Source: a virus (Duplodnaviria; Heunggongvirae; Uroviricota; Caudoviricetes). From it: DNA of 64,000 nt. The position numbers were made by a program, and so were the translations under genes. The stretch lies in the IMG/VR virus record IMGVR_UViG_3300042561_000621, one strand, 5' to 3'. This document shows positions 61,275 through 64,000 of the stretch, piece by piece. The notes under the pieces are model-generated. The model saw nothing but the letters and a program-made list of their open reading frames with translations, did no database searches and had not been told where the DNA came from. How positions within the stretch are numbered: position 1 is the stretch's first letter; every line of letters begins with the position of its first letter.

Positions 61275-61966
61275 TATATTTGTTCTCTTGTTTGTGCATA
61301 TAATTCTAACTTAATTAATGCAAACTTAAGAGTAATACTACCCTCTAATACTGTCATCTTTAATAATTCAAAGTATGATAAAACTTGTGCATCTATGTTT
61401 TTACAAGAGTTTAAAACTCCTTTTATAATAAATAGATACCAAAGTGTATTAGAATCCAAACTTAAAATAGTGGTGTAATTAACTCCACCTTTACCTATAT
61501 TGTTAATGTAATCCCAAACATCAACTCTACTATTAACATATAATATGTTTAATAGTTTTACTGTTATAACTTGTTCTAATCCTTCTAAGTATTCCAACTC
61601 ATCAAGCCATTTATAAGGATTAGCCCATTTCTTACATAAGTCTATAAAGTAGTTATAAGATACAAGATCAAATAACTCTAACTTACTACTTATTAAATTA
61701 CTAAAATCACTAAATCCTAGTTGACTCTTAGCTAACTTATCATCAACTACAAGTATTATATTATTACTTTTATATTGAGGTATTTTACCTTTATACTTTC
61801 TAATTAGATAGCAACTACTAATAAGTTCTCCATCATCATTATAACTTGGACTAGCCTTATTTAAGTTGTTTATATAATTACTTTCAACGGGTGTTGTTAT
61901 TATTAAAGGTTTGTATTTATAACAAAAATACAAATCCTCACTACTCTTAATATATACAATACTCAA
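61274..61966 (-). CDS. Hypothetical protein, possibly a clamp-loader accessory (delta-like) subunit
   Basis: Coupled to the dnaX-like gene; positional inference only. Confidence 0.3.
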   Translation of the reverse strand: MSIVYIKSSEDLYFCYKYKPLIITTPVESNYINNLNKASPSYNDDGELISSCYLIRKYKGKIPQYKSNNIILVVDDKLAKSQLGFSDFSNLISSKLELFDLVSYNYFIDLCKKWANPYKWLDELEYLEGLEQVITVKLLNILYVNSRVDVWDYINNIGKGGVNYTTILSLDSNTLWYLFIIKGVLNSCKNIDAQVLSYFELLKMTVLEGSITLKFALIKLELYAQTREQI

Positions 61967-63002
61967 GATAATAATCCTCTAAAGATTTAATACTTGTAAA
62001 TGATTTAATATCTTTTGTAGTGATAATAACTTGTCTTTCTTCTTCTTGTTTAAAACCTTTTAATAGACTTATATAATTAGATAAAGATACTTTTATATTA
62101 CCACTTGAATACTTAATAAGTAAATCTAAATCATGTATAAGATTATCACTTGGTATCTTACTTATTTGTTCTATTAAATCATCTATTAACAACTTAATAA
62201 GAACATTACTATTACATTGTCTTAGCCATTCATTACATATATTTATAGCTGCTTTATAGTTTTTATTATATAAAGAGTGCCATAAATCTAACCTATTATT
62301 AGCGTTACCTAATAGTATTTGTCCAATGTTTTTACTTTCATCAATAGTATTACAATATTCAACTAAACTACTAATCTTCCTCAAATTACCATCTGATAGT
62401 GAAGCCAATAACTTAGCATCTTTATATGTTAAAGACCAATTATCCATAACATAATCAATACAATCTTTAACAGTATGACTATTAAGTTCAATCTCTTTAC
62501 ATCTACTTGATAAAGCATCTAATATAGTATTAGATAATTTACTTAAGTCCATAGATATAAGTATCCAAGTGGTAGTCTTAGGTGTTATATCTATATATCC
62601 TAAAAGGCTTTGTATATGACTACTAGTAAGTAACTGAATCTCATCTAATACTACAAACTTTCTAGTAAAACCAACACTATTTAAATACAAAGGTGCTTCT
62701 TTAGCCCATAAGTTTATATCATATAGCATGTCTGACATACCATCTAAACTAGCTACTTGATGCCATTTTACATTGTCCATCTCTCTAATATTAGATAAAC
62801 AATATTCACATTCTCCACAAGGTTTATTTGACTCACCAGCACACAATACAGACCTAATACTTAACTCTGTAAGTAAACTTTTACCTACACCTGGAGGGCC
62901 AGTAATAAGTATTGCAGAAGGAAATTTATTCTTACTAATACAATTCTGCATATATTTAACTGCATTAGTTTGACCCTTATAATCATCCCAACTAATAGTC
63001 AT
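61947..63002 (-). CDS. DNA polymerase III gamma/tau/delta'-like clamp-loader subunit
   Basis: GPPGVGKS, PCGECEYC Zn module, LDEIQLL, SRC. Confidence 0.85.
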   Translation of the reverse strand: MTISWDDYKGQTNAVKYMQNCISKNKFPSAILITGPPGVGKSLLTELSIRSVLCAGESNKPCGECEYCLSNIREMDNVKWHQVASLDGMSDMLYDINLWAKEAPLYLNSVGFTRKFVVLDEIQLLTSSHIQSLLGYIDITPKTTTWILISMDLSKLSNTILDALSSRCKEIELNSHTVKDCIDYVMDNWSLTYKDAKLLASLSDGNLRKISSLVEYCNTIDESKNIGQILLGNANNRLDLWHSLYNKNYKAAINICNEWLRQCNSNVLIKLLIDDLIEQISKIPSDNLIHDLDLLIKYSSGNIKVSLSNYISLLKGFKQEEERQVIITTKDIKSFTSIKSLEDYYLEYCIY

Positions 63003-63016
63003 ATAAATTAATTACA

Positions 63017-63655
63017 TTATTGTTCATTAATAACTCCAGCTAACTGCATAAATCTAATTATATCTTGTTTAAACAGCCAAGTATGACTATAAGGTAGTAC
63101 AGGTAATACTAAACTACCATCATCATTCTTTGGTAAATACCTAAGAGGTGTAATAGGATTCCAAGTAACAACACAAGGCCTTCCAGCATAAGTTAAACTT
63201 GTATCATTTCTATACTTGCCAATAGTTGCTTTACTACCAAATAACTGTATTAAAGCTTCAGATGAAGCTATTAATATAGGAGTTTTATCCTTACATTTAC
63301 TTAATTCAAATTGAGTCCAATTACCACATTGAGTAATACAACTTATTAGTTCCTTTTTAACATTTTTAGTACTACAACTAATAGCATTAGTAAAGAAGAA
63401 ATGATTATCTATTGTTTGATTATTAGATATAGATCTCATAACCTTTCTAAGAAAACCTCCAGCATTTAAATAATTACCAGCTTCAACTAATACTTGCTTT
63501 TGTAACTCTTCTTCTTTGCCACTATAAGCACTAATTATAATACCTTTAACATTAGCTAAAGGTATTTCTGATTGGCCCCATATAGGAGCAGATCTAGCAC
63601 TTGATAAGTGACAATTAGAACAAGTAGTAGGTAAACCAATAGCTCTATATGTCAT
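63017..63655 (-). CDS. Divergent family-4 uracil-DNA glycosylase-like protein
   Basis: CSNCHL.....PIWG, FFTNAISC, C..W, VVTWNP. The canonical GEAPG is replaced by SAYSG. Confidence 0.6.
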   Translation of the reverse strand: MTYRAIGLPTTCSNCHLSSARSAPIWGQSEIPLANVKGIIISAYSGKEEELQKQVLVEAGNYLNAGGFLRKVMRSISNNQTIDNHFFFTNAISCSTKNVKKELISCITQCGNWTQFELSKCKDKTPILIASSEALIQLFGSKATIGKYRNDTSLTYAGRPCVVTWNPITPLRYLPKNDDGSLVLPVLPYSHTWLFKQDIIRFMQLAGVINEQ

Positions 63656-63897
63656 AGATGTAGATAATCAGCTAAAGCATTAATAACTTTTTCTTTACTA
63701 GCATCTTGAGCAAAATATAAAACTTTATCAGTATAATCTTTTTCCATATGAGTTTTATTATCTTCATCCCAATGTCTAACTAAAAAACAAACTATTTTAT
63801 CTAGTTGTTCTTTAGTAAATGTATCTAACAAGTCTCTAAACAAATTAACAGTTAATACTAACTGCTTATCTGTCATCTTTAAATCTTTAACTTCCAT
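63652..63897 (-). CDS. Hypothetical protein
   Basis: 81-aa ORF with GGAAGGA RBS. Confidence 0.5.
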   Translation of the reverse strand: MEVKDLKMTDKQLVLTVNLFRDLLDTFTKEQLDKIVCFLVRHWDEDNKTHMEKDYTDKVLYFAQDASKEKVINALADYLHL

Positions 63898-64000
63898 TAT
63901 TATCCTTCCATGTCAATAAAACTTTGAGCTCTCATAATTTCTAAATCATCATTATCCCAAATCTCTTTTTGTTTATCTAATAACTTTTGAGCTAATACAA

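Overview
This window is 64 kb of a very AT-rich, strongly CpG-depleted large dsDNA phage genome. The host cannot be determined from the sequence; a few domains (GAF-like, DUF2283, DUF4926, barstar) only weakly suggest a cyanobacterium. Positions 1-10079 (+ strand) hold the 3' part of a giant hydrophobic, virion-type protein that is open from base 1, a Cas4-like PD-(D/E)XK nuclease and an HTH protein. From about 10.1 kb onward almost everything is on the - strand and forms an accessory, counter-defence, nucleotide-metabolism and replication region. It includes a WGR-PARP, barstar-like and Imm1-like proteins, ThyX, dUTPase, dTMP kinase, ATP-dependent DNA ligase, a full Pnkp-Hen1 RNA-repair pair plus a second RNA ligase, a degenerate Cry-DASH/photolyase, a PduO-like cobalamin adenosyltransferase, class II RNR (NrdJ) with two inteins, a RuvC-like resolvase, primase, an SF2 helicase, a clamp-loader subunit and a UDG-like protein. 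A PIF1/RecD-like helicase is split by a group I intron (57344-58522) that carries a LAGLIDADG endonuclease; I inferred the splice sites by hand and they restore the reading frame. The most unusual unexplained element is a ~340-nt structured non-coding region (36560-36910, - strand) with its own extended -10 promoter, directly upstream of an HNH nuclease gene. No tRNA, rRNA or CRISPR array was seen. All family calls are by-eye motif recognition, not database searches.
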